NCBI GenBank assembly: GCA_964640635.1
Contig: CAZXFD010000004.1
Coordinates: forward strand, 9,262 to 73,261
Length of the DNA: 64,000 bases
Reading direction: 5' to 3'
Source of the DNA: an uncultured Gammaproteobacteria bacterium
GTDB taxonomy: Bacteria > Patescibacteriota > Patescibacteriia > UBA1558 > S5-K13
The first letter of the stretch is position 1, and each line of letters opens with the position of its first letter. The notes beneath the pieces were generated by a model. That model saw only the letters and a list, made by a program, of their open reading frames with translations. It was not told where the DNA came from and ran no database searches. Shown piece after piece: positions 39,439-48,536 of the stretch. Position numbers and translations under genes: made by a program.

Positions 39439-40800
39439 TTAATATAATATAAATAAAAACATAATTATTATAAGACTCAGAGAAGAAAATATTACATCTA
39501 GTCTTTGTATTTTTATTTTTACGAATATGTTGATAAGTAATAATACGAAAGTTATCGCTAATATAATTTTATAATAAATTGACGAAATGTCAAATATCTT
39601 GTTTAAGTCGTTTGGTTTGTGTAGTTTTGTGAAGGTATATTGGTCTTGTATAGACGTTTTGTTTGGAATTATGTTGTTTATGTCAACATCAGATATGGAC
39701 CTATCCCCAGTCTCATTTATTGTTTCTATTGTTGCTGGAACTATTATATTTTGTTCTTCTGTCTTTTCTTCTGGAATTATAGCGCTTCCAGTCCACTGAT
39801 TGGAGTCAGCGTCATTTTTAGTTAATTCTATATTTGTGTTTTGAAAATTTATACTAGCACTTTTTACAGCATTGTCTAAAGTTGCCGTGGCCCTTATTAC
39901 TTTTTCATTAGTTGGAGTGGTTTGCATTTTAATAGTTGAGGTAGGTGTTGAAGTTGTAGTATTTTGTTCTTTTATAGATAAAACGTCTTTTTGGGTAGAT
40001 GTTGTGCTGATGGGTTCTTTTATTTCTATTATCGTATTTTCAACGGGTCTTGCTATGTTAATTTCTTTTTTGGATCCAAAATGTTGAGCTATTAAAATAG
40101 TGTCATAAGATTGATATTGTCCACTTATAGCACCCACGCCTATGTCTGTATAATCTGGGTCTATAATATTAGAGTAATGTGTTGGACTTTTTTTCCATGC
40201 ATCAATGACACTTTCTGCGGTATCAAAACCTATTGCAAGATTTTCCCCAGCAAATTTATAGTTATAATTAGCTTTATTCATCCAATTGGATAATTTTTGA
40301 CCATTTGGTGAGGTATGAGCAAAGTATTGATTTATTAGCATATCTTGAGCCTTATACATTGCAGATTCATTTAGTTGTTCATTTTCCTGAAGTATATTGA
40401 GTCCCAAGTTACTTCTTACTTGATTTGTAAGCGCTATTATCTTTTTTCCTTCTTCGTATAATGCGCTTGGAGTAAGCCATGCACTTAGAGGAAATGATAT
40501 GACAACTGCAACTACTATTATTTTTGTAATAAAAGCAGAAAGACCATAAAAAAGAAGTCTTTTTGGTCGTAGTGCCTTTGGTTTGTAATTATTCCCTTCA
40601 TGAGGAATAAAAAAGTCTTTTATCATAGGATTTGTGCCTAATTTTATTTCTTGCCCATCACTTAGTCCATCGCCATCTGTGTCTGGGTTGTTTGGATTTG
40701 TGCCGTATTTATTTATTTCATCATAATCGCTTATTCCATCATTATCGGAGTCTATTTTTTTGGGCTTTTTTAATGATTTATTATTCTTTAAGTATACCAT
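39439..40800 (-). CDS. Membrane-anchored CAP/SCP domain protein with N-terminal thrombospondin-type-3-like Ca-binding repeats and a Thr/Ser-rich stalk.
   Basis: It carries DSDNDGISDYDE..DTDGDGLSDGQE repeats, a TM helix, a CAP core (YFAHTSPNG...GENLA..W..SPTHYSN), a T/S-rich linker and a C-terminal TM helix. Confidence 0.6.
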   Translation of the reverse strand: MVYLKNNKSLKKPKKIDSDNDGISDYDEINKYGTNPNNPDTDGDGLSDGQEIKLGTNPMIKDFFIPHEGNNYKPKALRPKRLLFYGLSAFITKIIVVAVVISFPLSAWLTPSALYEEGKKIIALTNQVRSNLGLNILQENEQLNESAMYKAQDMLINQYFAHTSPNGQKLSNWMNKANYNYKFAGENLAIGFDTAESVIDAWKKSPTHYSNIIDPDYTDIGVGAISGQYQSYDTILIAQHFGSKKEINIARPVENTIIEIKEPISTTSTQKDVLSIKEQNTTTSTPTSTIKMQTTPTNEKVIRATATLDNAVKSASINFQNTNIELTKNDADSNQWTGSAIIPEEKTEEQNIIVPATIETINETGDRSISDVDINNIIPNKTSIQDQYTFTKLHKPNDLNKIFDISSIYYKIILAITFVLLLINIFVKIKIQRLDVIFSSLSLIIIMFLFILY

Positions 40801-40898
40801 ATAATATGTGTATTTGTCAAGTAATACATTCTAAAATTATTTATATTGTTATTATCCTATTATTTTGTTTTATAGTCAAATTTATGTTTAAAGATGTG

Positions 40899-41144
40899 CT
40901 ATTTTTTCTCAATTATTATAGTGCATTTTGAAATCAGTGCTGCAAGAGCACCAACAGCTGCTATTGTTGGAACAAGGACTGCGCCAACGGCACCTAGTGT
41001 AAGAGGAATTTCAATTAAAGTTTCTTCTTTTTGATTTTTTATGATGATTCGTCTGGCATTCCCTTGTTTTATGAGTTCTTTGACTTTTTTAACTATTTCG
41101 TCCCCACTGACTTTGAATTCCTCGGTTTTTTTGTTTGTTTTCAT
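40899..41144 (-). CDS. DUF4342-family small protein.
   Basis: KVKELIKQGNARRIIIKNQKEETLIEIPLTLGAVGAVLVPTIAAVGALAAL matches the conserved DUF4342 pattern. Confidence 0.5.
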   Translation of the reverse strand: MKTNKKTEEFKVSGDEIVKKVKELIKQGNARRIIIKNQKEETLIEIPLTLGAVGAVLVPTIAAVGALAALISKCTIIIEKK

Positions 41145-41163
41145 GGTATTGTTTATAAATTTA

Positions 41164-42243
41164 TTATTTGATATTTGAAATTTGTAATTTTTTCATTATT
41201 CTTTCTGCATCTTTTCCGTCTACAATTTTTGGTTGGCTGTAATCATATATTATGACCGGTTTAAATTCTGTGTTTATTACATCAGTTTTATCAAAAGTTA
41301 TTTTTGCTATTATTCCCTCTCTGGTATTTTGAGACCACATTTGATCAAAGATAAAATTTCCTAAACTATATATAATATATTTGCCTTTGTATTTTTCTAC
41401 TGTTTGTATAACGTGGGGGTGGTGACCAACAACTAGGTCGGCTCCAGCATCAATGGCACTGTGGGCAAAAGTTGTTTGATATTGATTGGGTGTGTTTTTG
41501 TATTCTACGCCAGCATGCATAGAAACTATTACAAAGTCATTATTAATTTTGGCTTTTTTTACTGCTTCTTGCATTTTTGCTATATCAATGAAATTTGTTC
41601 CATAGCGAGTTGCGCCCGCCTGATAGGTACTTGGAACTACATCGGGGCTATTGTATGCTAGGAATGCGAATTTGAGGCCATTTAGGGTGCTTGTGGCGGG
41701 CGCCTTGGCTAAAGAATCATTTCCAGCGCCAACATATTTTATTTCAGCTTTTTCAAGGTAGCCAATGGTATCTTTTAGTCCTTTTTCCCCAAAATTGGGA
41801 GTATGATTATTTGCAAGAGATAGGATGTCAAATCCATTTTCTTTCAAAACTTTTGCGTTCTCTGGATCTGCACGAAAAGTCATTTGATTTGTTTGTATTG
41901 CTTTTCCGGGAGTAAGGGCCGTTTCTAAATTTCCAAAAACAAGATCCCCTGTTTTAAGATAGTCTTTTACATTTTTGTAAGGATAATTATAGTCTTTGTA
42001 TTTTTTTATTTTTGCATCTACGTTTCTAGACAACATTATGTCTCCAACAAAAATAATTGAAACAGGTTTTGTTTCTAACTGTTTTTGTATTTCTATTTTC
42101 GAACTTTCTTTAATAGGGATTTGATTATTTAAAAATAAACTTTTTGTAGATGTAGCGCTTGTTCCATAGAATAAAAAAAGAGATATTATAATTGTTGTTA
42201 TAGATAAAATAAGTAGAAGTATTTTTTTTGTGGATGTGGTCAT
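41164..42243 (-). CDS. CapA/PgsA-family metallophosphatase (poly-gamma-glutamate capsule biosynthesis-like).
   Basis: It has an N-terminal TM helix, VSIIFVGDIMLSR, and metallophosphoesterase His/Asp motifs (GHHPHV). Confidence 0.7.
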   Translation of the reverse strand: MTTSTKKILLLILSITTIIISLFLFYGTSATSTKSLFLNNQIPIKESSKIEIQKQLETKPVSIIFVGDIMLSRNVDAKIKKYKDYNYPYKNVKDYLKTGDLVFGNLETALTPGKAIQTNQMTFRADPENAKVLKENGFDILSLANNHTPNFGEKGLKDTIGYLEKAEIKYVGAGNDSLAKAPATSTLNGLKFAFLAYNSPDVVPSTYQAGATRYGTNFIDIAKMQEAVKKAKINNDFVIVSMHAGVEYKNTPNQYQTTFAHSAIDAGADLVVGHHPHVIQTVEKYKGKYIIYSLGNFIFDQMWSQNTREGIIAKITFDKTDVINTEFKPVIIYDYSQPKIVDGKDAERIMKKLQISNIK

Positions 42244-43157
42244 TATTTTTTTGAAGACAAGTATTTGTGTATTGAGTTGCTAGCAATTGCTCCTTCAGAG
42301 GCAGCTGTAATAATTTGTCTAAAATGGTTTGATCCATTTGTTATGTCTCCGCTTGCAAAAATGCCATCTAAACTTGTTGATCCATCTGCTTTAATTTTGA
42401 TGTGACCATCCTCCGTGTCTATATTTAGATCATGGACAAGCTCTAGATCTGGTTCAGATCCAATTTCAACGAAAACACCATCAAGAGTAATTTCTTTTGA
42501 ACCGTTGAATTCATTATTAAGTGCGACTGATTGAAGTTTGTTTTCCCCAATAAAATCTATTACTTTTGTGTTGTATAAGACGGTTATTTTTTTATTATTG
42601 TTTATTTGATCTAACCACATTGCTTCACCTTTTAGTGATTCACCGCGATAGATAATATAAACTTTTTCTGCTAAATCTGCTAAATATAGTGCCGCTGTCA
42701 TCGCGCTATTTCCTCCACCTAAAACAGCCACTGTTTTTTCTTTGAAAAATGGTCCATCACATGTAGCGCAATAGGAAATGCCTCTGCCTAAAAATTGTTT
42801 TTCACTTTCTATATTTAATTTTCTTGGTTTTGTTCCTATGGCAAATAAAATTGTTTTTGATGTATATTCTTTTGAGTTTTGAGTTTTTATTAAAAAACCG
42901 TTTTCTTGTTTTGTGATATTTATAACTTTGTCCATTTCAATTTTAGCACCAAAATGTTCAGCACTAGTTTTCATTTTGTTTGTTAGTTCTATTCCAGATA
43001 TTTCTATTTCCCCTGGCCAGTTGCATATTTTGTGGGCTTCACTAGCAAGTCCACCAGGCACTTCTCCTATTATAAGATGATTTATTTTGTATCGTGATGC
43101 ATAAATTGATGCGGTAAGACCACTTGGTCCAGAGCCAATGATTATAAGATCATACAT
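42243..43157 (-). CDS. trxB: Thioredoxin-disulfide reductase.
   Basis: FAD site YDLIIIGSGPSGLTASIYASR, redox-active CATC (SYCATCDGPFF), NADPH site GGGNSA. Confidence 0.9.
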   Translation of the reverse strand: MYDLIIIGSGPSGLTASIYASRYKINHLIIGEVPGGLASEAHKICNWPGEIEISGIELTNKMKTSAEHFGAKIEMDKVINITKQENGFLIKTQNSKEYTSKTILFAIGTKPRKLNIESEKQFLGRGISYCATCDGPFFKEKTVAVLGGGNSAMTAALYLADLAEKVYIIYRGESLKGEAMWLDQINNNKKITVLYNTKVIDFIGENKLQSVALNNEFNGSKEITLDGVFVEIGSEPDLELVHDLNIDTEDGHIKIKADGSTSLDGIFASGDITNGSNHFRQIITAASEGAIASNSIHKYLSSKK

Positions 43158-43231
43158 AGCATATTTTTTTACTTATTATATTACTTATTTTATTATGTAT
43201 TATGATATTAGTCAAAGCGCATAATATAAAA

Positions 43232-43270
43232 ACTCACCCCCCACCTTTTGTAAAAGGTGGGGGGTGAGTT
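43232..43270 (-). terminator. Strong GC-rich rho-independent terminator for the RRM-protein gene, a member of the C5ACC/GGTG5 palindrome family.
   Basis: actcaccccccacctttt gtaa aaggtggggggtgagtt; a T-run follows on the minus strand. Confidence 0.75.
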
Positions 43271-43291
43271 ATATTTGAGATTAGTCAATAT

Positions 43292-43552
43292 CTATTCTCT
43301 TGTTTCCATTGGTTTTGCTTCATTTACCTTGATTGTTCTTCCAGCAAATTCTTTGCCATCAAACATTTCAATAGCTTTTTGAGCACCTTCTTCTGTTTCC
43401 ATTTCAACAAAACCAAATCCTTTTGATCTGTTTGTCATTTTGTCAATAATAATTTTGACAAATGTTACATTTCCTGCTTCAGAAAATGCTGTTTGTAGAT
43501 CCTCTTCTGTGGAACTATAAGGGATTCCACCGATGTATAGTCTTTTTTCCAT
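43292..43552 (-). CDS. RRM-type RNA-binding protein.
   Basis: RNP-2 is LYIGGIP and RNP-1 is KGFGFVEM. Length is 86 aa. Confidence 0.85.
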   Translation of the reverse strand: MEKRLYIGGIPYSSTEEDLQTAFSEAGNVTFVKIIIDKMTNRSKGFGFVEMETEEGAQKAIEMFDGKEFAGRTIKVNEAKPMETRE

Positions 43553-43683
43553 TTCACGTGTTTGTTAATTTTTTAAATGCATTTCCTGTTCACAATAGTC
43601 CCACAAACGAATGCACAATGCACAATTTGTAAACCCCTTGTTCTTCGGAAATATTTATATCAACAGCTCTTTAGCTGTTAGTA

Positions 43684-44313
43684 TTATTCTAAAATTCCAT
43701 CAAGATTTATATCATAAAGAATTTTTTCATTTAGGTGAGTATATTTTATGATTTCATCTTCTTTAAACCAAACTTTTATTTCTCTCTCTGCTTCGGATAC
43801 TTCATCTGAACAATGTACTAAGTTTCTTACGCATCTATCATTTAGATTTGCTAAATCATAAGAATCTATTGTGTAATCACTTCTTATTGTTCCTACATCT
43901 GATGACATTGGTTCTGTTCCGCCAACTAATTTTTTTACAATTCCTACAGATTTATTCCCTTGAAATACCATTGCTAATACTGGGCTTGCTGTTAGAAATT
44001 TGACATTTGCTTCAAGCATATCTTTTCCATATTCTACAGCATCTTTTTCTATAGGTAAATTTTCTTTTGTTCTATTTTCTATTGTTCTTGTTCCTATTTT
44101 TAGAAACCAAGCTTCATCTTTATTATAATGAGCTAAGCATTGTTCTCTTGTTGCGATTAGAAATTTTGCAGCTATGAGTTTGAGTCCAGTTCTCTCTATT
44201 CTAGAGAAAATTTCTCCCATTAAATTTCTTTGTACTGCGTCTGGTTTTAATATTACTAAAGTTTTTTCATTCGTCATTTTGTTTATTTTTATCCCGCCAT
44301 AGCGGGGTTTCAT
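43684..44313 (-). CDS. ndk: Nucleoside-diphosphate kinase. The first 12 codons are probably not translated and the likely start is M13 at 44277. It carries an unusual internal insertion.
   Basis: TLVILKPDAVQRNLMGEIFSRIE.GLKLIAAKF and NLVHCSD (active-site His) are NDK signatures. There is a roughly 30-aa insert (WFLKIGTRTIENRTKENLPIEKDAVEYG) relative to canonical 140-150-aa NDKs. Confidence 0.7.
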   Translation of the reverse strand: MKPRYGGIKINKMTNEKTLVILKPDAVQRNLMGEIFSRIERTGLKLIAAKFLIATREQCLAHYNKDEAWFLKIGTRTIENRTKENLPIEKDAVEYGKDMLEANVKFLTASPVLAMVFQGNKSVGIVKKLVGGTEPMSSDVGTIRSDYTIDSYDLANLNDRCVRNLVHCSDEVSEAEREIKVWFKEDEIIKYTHLNEKILYDINLDGILE

Positions 44314-44693
44314 TATTTATTTAAAACTTCTTTTACTTTATCTACTACTTGAGATGGTGTAAGATTTGCTTTTACTAAGTAATCTTTTGCTCCAAGTTTT
44401 TGACCCTTTTCAACATCTTCTCCTTGTCCTAGATTGGTAAGCATTATCACGGGTATATTTTTTGTAGAAGCATCGCCTTTTAATTGTTTTAATACCATAA
44501 ATCCATCCATTTCAGGCATTATTACATCTAGTAAAACTATGTCTGGATGGTATGTCTTGACTTTTTCAAGTCCTTCTCTGCCATTGAACGCTGAGTCAAT
44601 TTCATAACCCTCTTTTTCAAACTTAGAAACATACATATTAACAAGCATTTCTTCGTCCTCTATTATAAAAACTTTTATTTTTTTGTCTACCAT
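44313..44693 (-). CDS. Single-domain response regulator (REC only, CheY-like).
   Basis: Acidic pocket DE, phospho-acceptor in IVLLDVIMPEMDG, and the T/K residues are present. Length is 126 aa. Confidence 0.8.
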   Translation of the reverse strand: MVDKKIKVFIIEDEEMLVNMYVSKFEKEGYEIDSAFNGREGLEKVKTYHPDIVLLDVIMPEMDGFMVLKQLKGDASTKNIPVIMLTNLGQGEDVEKGQKLGAKDYLVKANLTPSQVVDKVKEVLNK

Positions 44694-44781
44694 ATTTTTA
44701 TGTTATTAGAAAAAAATGGATTTTGATATTCCAATGCCTTGATTATAGCATAAATCATATAAGTTTCAAGGATTTTGATAA

Positions 44782-45636
44782 TTATTTGATAATTTTTGAC
44801 CAATATTCGTTTCCGTTGCTTAATATTAGAATGTTTCCAAGTTCATCTGTGCGTATTATGTTCTGAGTAAATTTATTAATCCTAGTCACCGTTTCTTTGT
44901 TTGGGTGACCAAATTTGTTATCAAGACCTACTTGAATAATTGCTGTTTCTGGTTTTACTTTTTCTACAAAAGGATTGCAAGACGATCCTTTTGATCCATG
45001 ATGTCCTACTTTTAGAATTTCAGACTCTAAATTTGTTTCATGTTTTAGAATTTCAGTTTCTCCAATACATGTGAGATCTCCTGTAAAAATTGCATCAAAG
45101 CTTTTATAACTTAATTTTAAAACAACGGAAGTGTTGTTTATATCTTTTTCTTCATTTTTTTGTGAAATTGGATAAAGTGTTTTCAGGATTATATTTTCAT
45201 CAAGGCTAATGGTTTTTCCATGTTGAGCAGTTATTAGATTTATATTTTTTTCTTTTATTAAACTCATTAAATAAACATAGTCAGAAAAATCTGCATCATA
45301 TCCAGAATAAATGATATTATCTACTCTATAATTTTCTAGCACATTTATAAGTCCTAGATAGTGGTCTTGATGAGCGTGGGTAATAACAAGTAGGTCTATG
45401 TTTCTTTTCCTGTACGGTAGTTTTGCACTAATTTTTTTGCTAAAATCGTCATACGGTCCCCCATCAATTATTATTGTCTCATCGTTTGGTGTTTTGATTA
45501 ATATTCCATCACCTTGTCCAACATCGATAAAATGTATTTCTAATAAGTTGTTTTTGTATTCAAAAAAATAATAAGGAATAAGAAATGATATAATGATAAT
45601 TATAAATATTATTTTAAATGTCTTTCTTTTTTGCAT
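44782..45636 (-). CDS. ComEC C-terminal-type metallo-beta-lactamase fold protein, encoded as a separate ORF.
   Basis: IDVGQGDGILIKTPNDETIIIDGG and HAHQDH..G match the ComEC MBL domain. It has its own N-terminal TM/signal and overlaps the upstream ORF by 23 nt. Confidence 0.7.
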   Translation of the reverse strand: MQKRKTFKIIFIIIIISFLIPYYFFEYKNNLLEIHFIDVGQGDGILIKTPNDETIIIDGGPYDDFSKKISAKLPYRKRNIDLLVITHAHQDHYLGLINVLENYRVDNIIYSGYDADFSDYVYLMSLIKEKNINLITAQHGKTISLDENIILKTLYPISQKNEEKDINNTSVVLKLSYKSFDAIFTGDLTCIGETEILKHETNLESEILKVGHHGSKGSSCNPFVEKVKPETAIIQVGLDNKFGHPNKETVTRINKFTQNIIRTDELGNILILSNGNEYWSKIIK

Positions 45637-47104
45637 ATAAATAAAATAAACAAATAATTATATAAAAAAATATCATATGAAAGATTGTAAAGTTTTTGAT
45701 ATCTAAGACACTTATTTTGATACTAGAGATAATTTTGATTAACCAAAATAATAATTGTGTAAGTGTATAAGATATAAATCCTACATATTGAGCTAAGCTG
45801 GTGCTGATTATAGAGATTACAATTGAAAATACAAAGAGTGTCATATCAAAGGTTATAAATGGGAGTATTAAAACGTTTGATAAAAGTGCAAATATTGGGA
45901 GGGTGTGAAAATTGTATAGGGATATTGGGAGAGTCATAAAAATTGCGCTAAGACTGGTTGAAATAATACTTCTTAAGCTAAGATATTCTGGAATAAATTT
46001 CAGATAATCCATGAGTATTGGGGATAGATAAATAAGTCCTATTGTTGCAAGAAAGCTCAATTGGAATCCAACATCATAAAACATTGATAAGGGATTGATG
46101 AGGGCCATTATAATAAGAGAATAAATGAGTACAAGATAATTGGGAATATATCGCTCTAAGTTTTTACTAAATACAACGAGTATTCCCATGATAGATGCTC
46201 TTATTATTGAAGCGGAAAGTCCTGATAATATTGCAAAGGTAAAAAGTAGTATTAGAAGAAATAAAAAGCTTTGTTTTCGGTTTATTCTAACTTGATAAAG
46301 CATGCGAGAAAAGACGACAATGATTATTGCTACATGCATGCCAGATACCACCACTATGTGACTTAGTCCTGTGTGTCTAAAGTTTTCATCGATATCGCTA
46401 GGTAATAATTTTTCAAAGCCAAATAAAGAACTATTTGCAAAAGAGCTTATTGGCTCTGGCCAAATAGCGTTTACTTTTTTAAACAAAAGGTTTTTAATTT
46501 TGTATATTTGAGTGAAGAAAAAATTACCTTTGTTTGTTTCAAGTAATTTGATGTTTGCGCCATAACAGAGGGAATAAATATTGTCTTTTGATAGATATTT
46601 TCCGTAGTCAAAGCCCTCTATTTTGTCAGGCTTTGTAAGTATGCAATTTATCTGCACAATATCACCATAATTGTATGGTGGATACAAATTTATTGTTGCA
46701 AGAGTATTTCCAGACACATTTTTATTGATTGGTTCTAATAGTTGCGTGACAGAGACTTTAATTTTTTGTTTGTCTATTCTTTTGTCGGGTTCATCAACAA
46801 TGCGCCCTATAAAAGTAGTTTTTGTATTGTTCTTAAAATCAAGGATTTCATTATTGTAGTGCCATATTTTTGTATTATCAGAGTAATCTATTTTTGTAGA
46901 GTTTAGTAATAATATGCCCAAAGAAATTGATAAAATGATTGCTAAATAAAACCACACCCCCTTCTTTCTAAAAATAAGTATAAAAATAAAAGCAATAATT
47001 AAAATAGTCATTGCTACATTTTCATGAATATTAAAAAAGTTTGCTAAAAATAATCCGCAAATAAAAAAGAGCCCAATAATAAAATTTTTTACCGACCGCT
47101 TCAT
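45614..47104 (-). CDS. comEC: ComEC/Rec2 competence membrane channel (DUF4131 plus Competence domain).
   Basis: The protein is polytopic. GLSHIVVVSGMHVAII is the conserved Competence-domain motif. Confidence 0.7.
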   Translation of the reverse strand: MKRSVKNFIIGLFFICGLFLANFFNIHENVAMTILIIAFIFILIFRKKGVWFYLAIILSISLGILLLNSTKIDYSDNTKIWHYNNEILDFKNNTKTTFIGRIVDEPDKRIDKQKIKVSVTQLLEPINKNVSGNTLATINLYPPYNYGDIVQINCILTKPDKIEGFDYGKYLSKDNIYSLCYGANIKLLETNKGNFFFTQIYKIKNLLFKKVNAIWPEPISSFANSSLFGFEKLLPSDIDENFRHTGLSHIVVVSGMHVAIIIVVFSRMLYQVRINRKQSFLFLLILLFTFAILSGLSASIIRASIMGILVVFSKNLERYIPNYLVLIYSLIIMALINPLSMFYDVGFQLSFLATIGLIYLSPILMDYLKFIPEYLSLRSIISTSLSAIFMTLPISLYNFHTLPIFALLSNVLILPFITFDMTLFVFSIVISIISTSLAQYVGFISYTLTQLLFWLIKIISSIKISVLDIKNFTIFHMIFFYIIICLFYLYAKKKDI

Positions 47105-47131
47105 AAGTTTGCTTTTCTTTAAACTATGAAT

Positions 47132-48214
47132 TTATTTCAACTTGCACTTTAATACGCTTTCTATAAAATCTAATATATCCCCATTTAATACCCTTTCGCT
47201 GTCACTTGTCTCATAATCACTTCGTAAGTCTTTTATCATTTTGTATGGATGAAGGACATAAGATCTTATTTGATTTCCCCATGCGGCTTCTTTGATTTCC
47301 CCTTTTATTTTTTTTCTTTCTTCGTCTGATTGTACTTGTAGGTATTTACTTATTTTTGCATATAAATATTTCATTGCTGTTTCTTTGTTTTGGCCTTGAG
47401 ATCTTTGATTTTGGCACGTTGTAACAATTCCTGTTGGGATATGAGTAATTCGAACTGCTGAGTCTGTTGTGTTTACATGCTGTCCACCTGCACCACTAGC
47501 TCTATAGAAATCAATTCTTAGGTCATCATTTTTTATTTCAATAGGAATTTCATCTATTTCTGGAAAAACTTCTACCATTGCAAAAGAAGTGTGTCTTGCA
47601 TGATCGCTGTCAAATGGAGAGAGTCTTACAAGGCGATGTACGCCGTCTTCGCTATGGAGATATCCATAGGAATAAGAGCCTGTTATTATCATTGTAATGG
47701 TTTTGTATCCTGCTTCTTCTCCACGAGATTCGTCTATTATTTGATATTGCCAGTTCATTTTTTCAAAAAATCTTGTGTACATTCTGAAAAGCATTTCTAC
47801 CCAATCTTGAGATTCCGTACCCCCTGCTCCTGCAAAAATTGTCATAATTGCGTTGTTGGGGTCATATTTATTGGTAAATAATATTATTATTTCAAGATTC
47901 TTGAACTTTTTTTCGAGCTCATAATATTTATCAGTAATTTCTTTTTCTAATTCTGAGGCATTATCGGTTTCAATAAGATCTGATAAATCATCTAATTCTT
48001 TTATTAAATTTTCCCAATTTGTAATCTGGTCTTTGTAAGTTTTTAGTTCTTGAGATTTGTTTTTTGCAATATTTTGATCTTTCCAGAAATCAGAATTATT
48101 CATGTCGGATTCAAGTGTATTCACTTTGGTTTTTAATTCATCTAAATTTAAAAGTGGCAAGATATTATTTATTTTATTTTGTAGTTCTTTGATTTTTTCT
48201 ACAACTTCGTTCAT
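47132..48214 (-). CDS. prfB: Peptide chain release factor 2, encoded as one uninterrupted ORF with no programmed +1 frameshift.
   Basis: The SPF tripeptide (RLSPFDS) and the GGQ motif (SGAGGQHVNTT) are present. Codons 20-30 (ILPLLNLDELK) contain no in-frame TGA. Confidence 0.9.
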   Translation of the reverse strand: MNEVVEKIKELQNKINNILPLLNLDELKTKVNTLESDMNNSDFWKDQNIAKNKSQELKTYKDQITNWENLIKELDDLSDLIETDNASELEKEITDKYYELEKKFKNLEIIILFTNKYDPNNAIMTIFAGAGGTESQDWVEMLFRMYTRFFEKMNWQYQIIDESRGEEAGYKTITMIITGSYSYGYLHSEDGVHRLVRLSPFDSDHARHTSFAMVEVFPEIDEIPIEIKNDDLRIDFYRASGAGGQHVNTTDSAVRITHIPTGIVTTCQNQRSQGQNKETAMKYLYAKISKYLQVQSDEERKKIKGEIKEAAWGNQIRSYVLHPYKMIKDLRSDYETSDSERVLNGDILDFIESVLKCKLK

Positions 48215-48284
48215 TTGATTTTTTTATTTTTAGGACTATGATTAAATTAAGAGTATAAAATTAATTTATCATAAAGGAGGCCAT

Positions 48285-48314
48285 ATGGCAACAAGAGCAG
48301 TTTATTCGCTCTAA
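48285..48314 (+). CDS. Nine-codon upstream ORF (MATRAVYSL) with its own SD; its TAA stop lies inside the SD of the following gene.
   Basis: AAAGGAGGccatATG...CTC TAA AGGAGGaaaag ATG, read directly from the sequence. Confidence 0.4.
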   Translation: MATRAVYSL

Positions 48315-48325
48315 AGGAGGAAAAG

Positions 48326-48511
48326 ATGAGAAACAAAGGTGATTCTCGTCGCGACCAAAAAAAGAACAAAAGGAAAAAAGTGCAACAAGATGTCTTTGGA
48401 CATAGCTCCAATGGGGCAAAGACCAAAGACGACATTTCTAAGAAAAAGAAACAAAAACACAAACACGACAAAAGAAGTGATAAGAAATATCACATAGGAG
48501 GCAGTAAGTGA
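48326..48511 (+). CDS. 61-aa hyper-basic, highly charged small protein (about 40% K/R plus D/H; KKKKQKHKHDKRSDKKYH tail) of unknown function.
   Basis: It has a perfect SD AAAGGAGG 6 nt upstream, is locally GC-richer than its surroundings, and is followed by a canonical terminator at 48537-48574. It is a lone plus-strand unit between two minus-strand operons. Confidence 0.55.
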   Translation: MRNKGDSRRDQKKNKRKKVQQDVFGHSSNGAKTKDDISKKKKQKHKHDKRSDKKYHIGGSK

Positions 48512-48536
48512 GAAAAATTAATTCTCAAAACTAAAA

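Noticed and set aside
47132-48214. Programmed +1 ribosomal frameshift in prfB.
   Set aside because: The ORF is continuous from the ATG. The region corresponding to the E. coli shift site reads CTT TTA AAT TTA GAT with no in-frame TGA.
48247-48493. Minus-strand ORFs 48247-48471 and 48311-48493 opposite the small basic-protein gene.
   Set aside because: They overlap the plus-strand ORF, which has a perfect SD, a uORF and a terminator. Their products are Phe/Leu/Cys-rich with no RBS. The plus-strand reading is far better supported.
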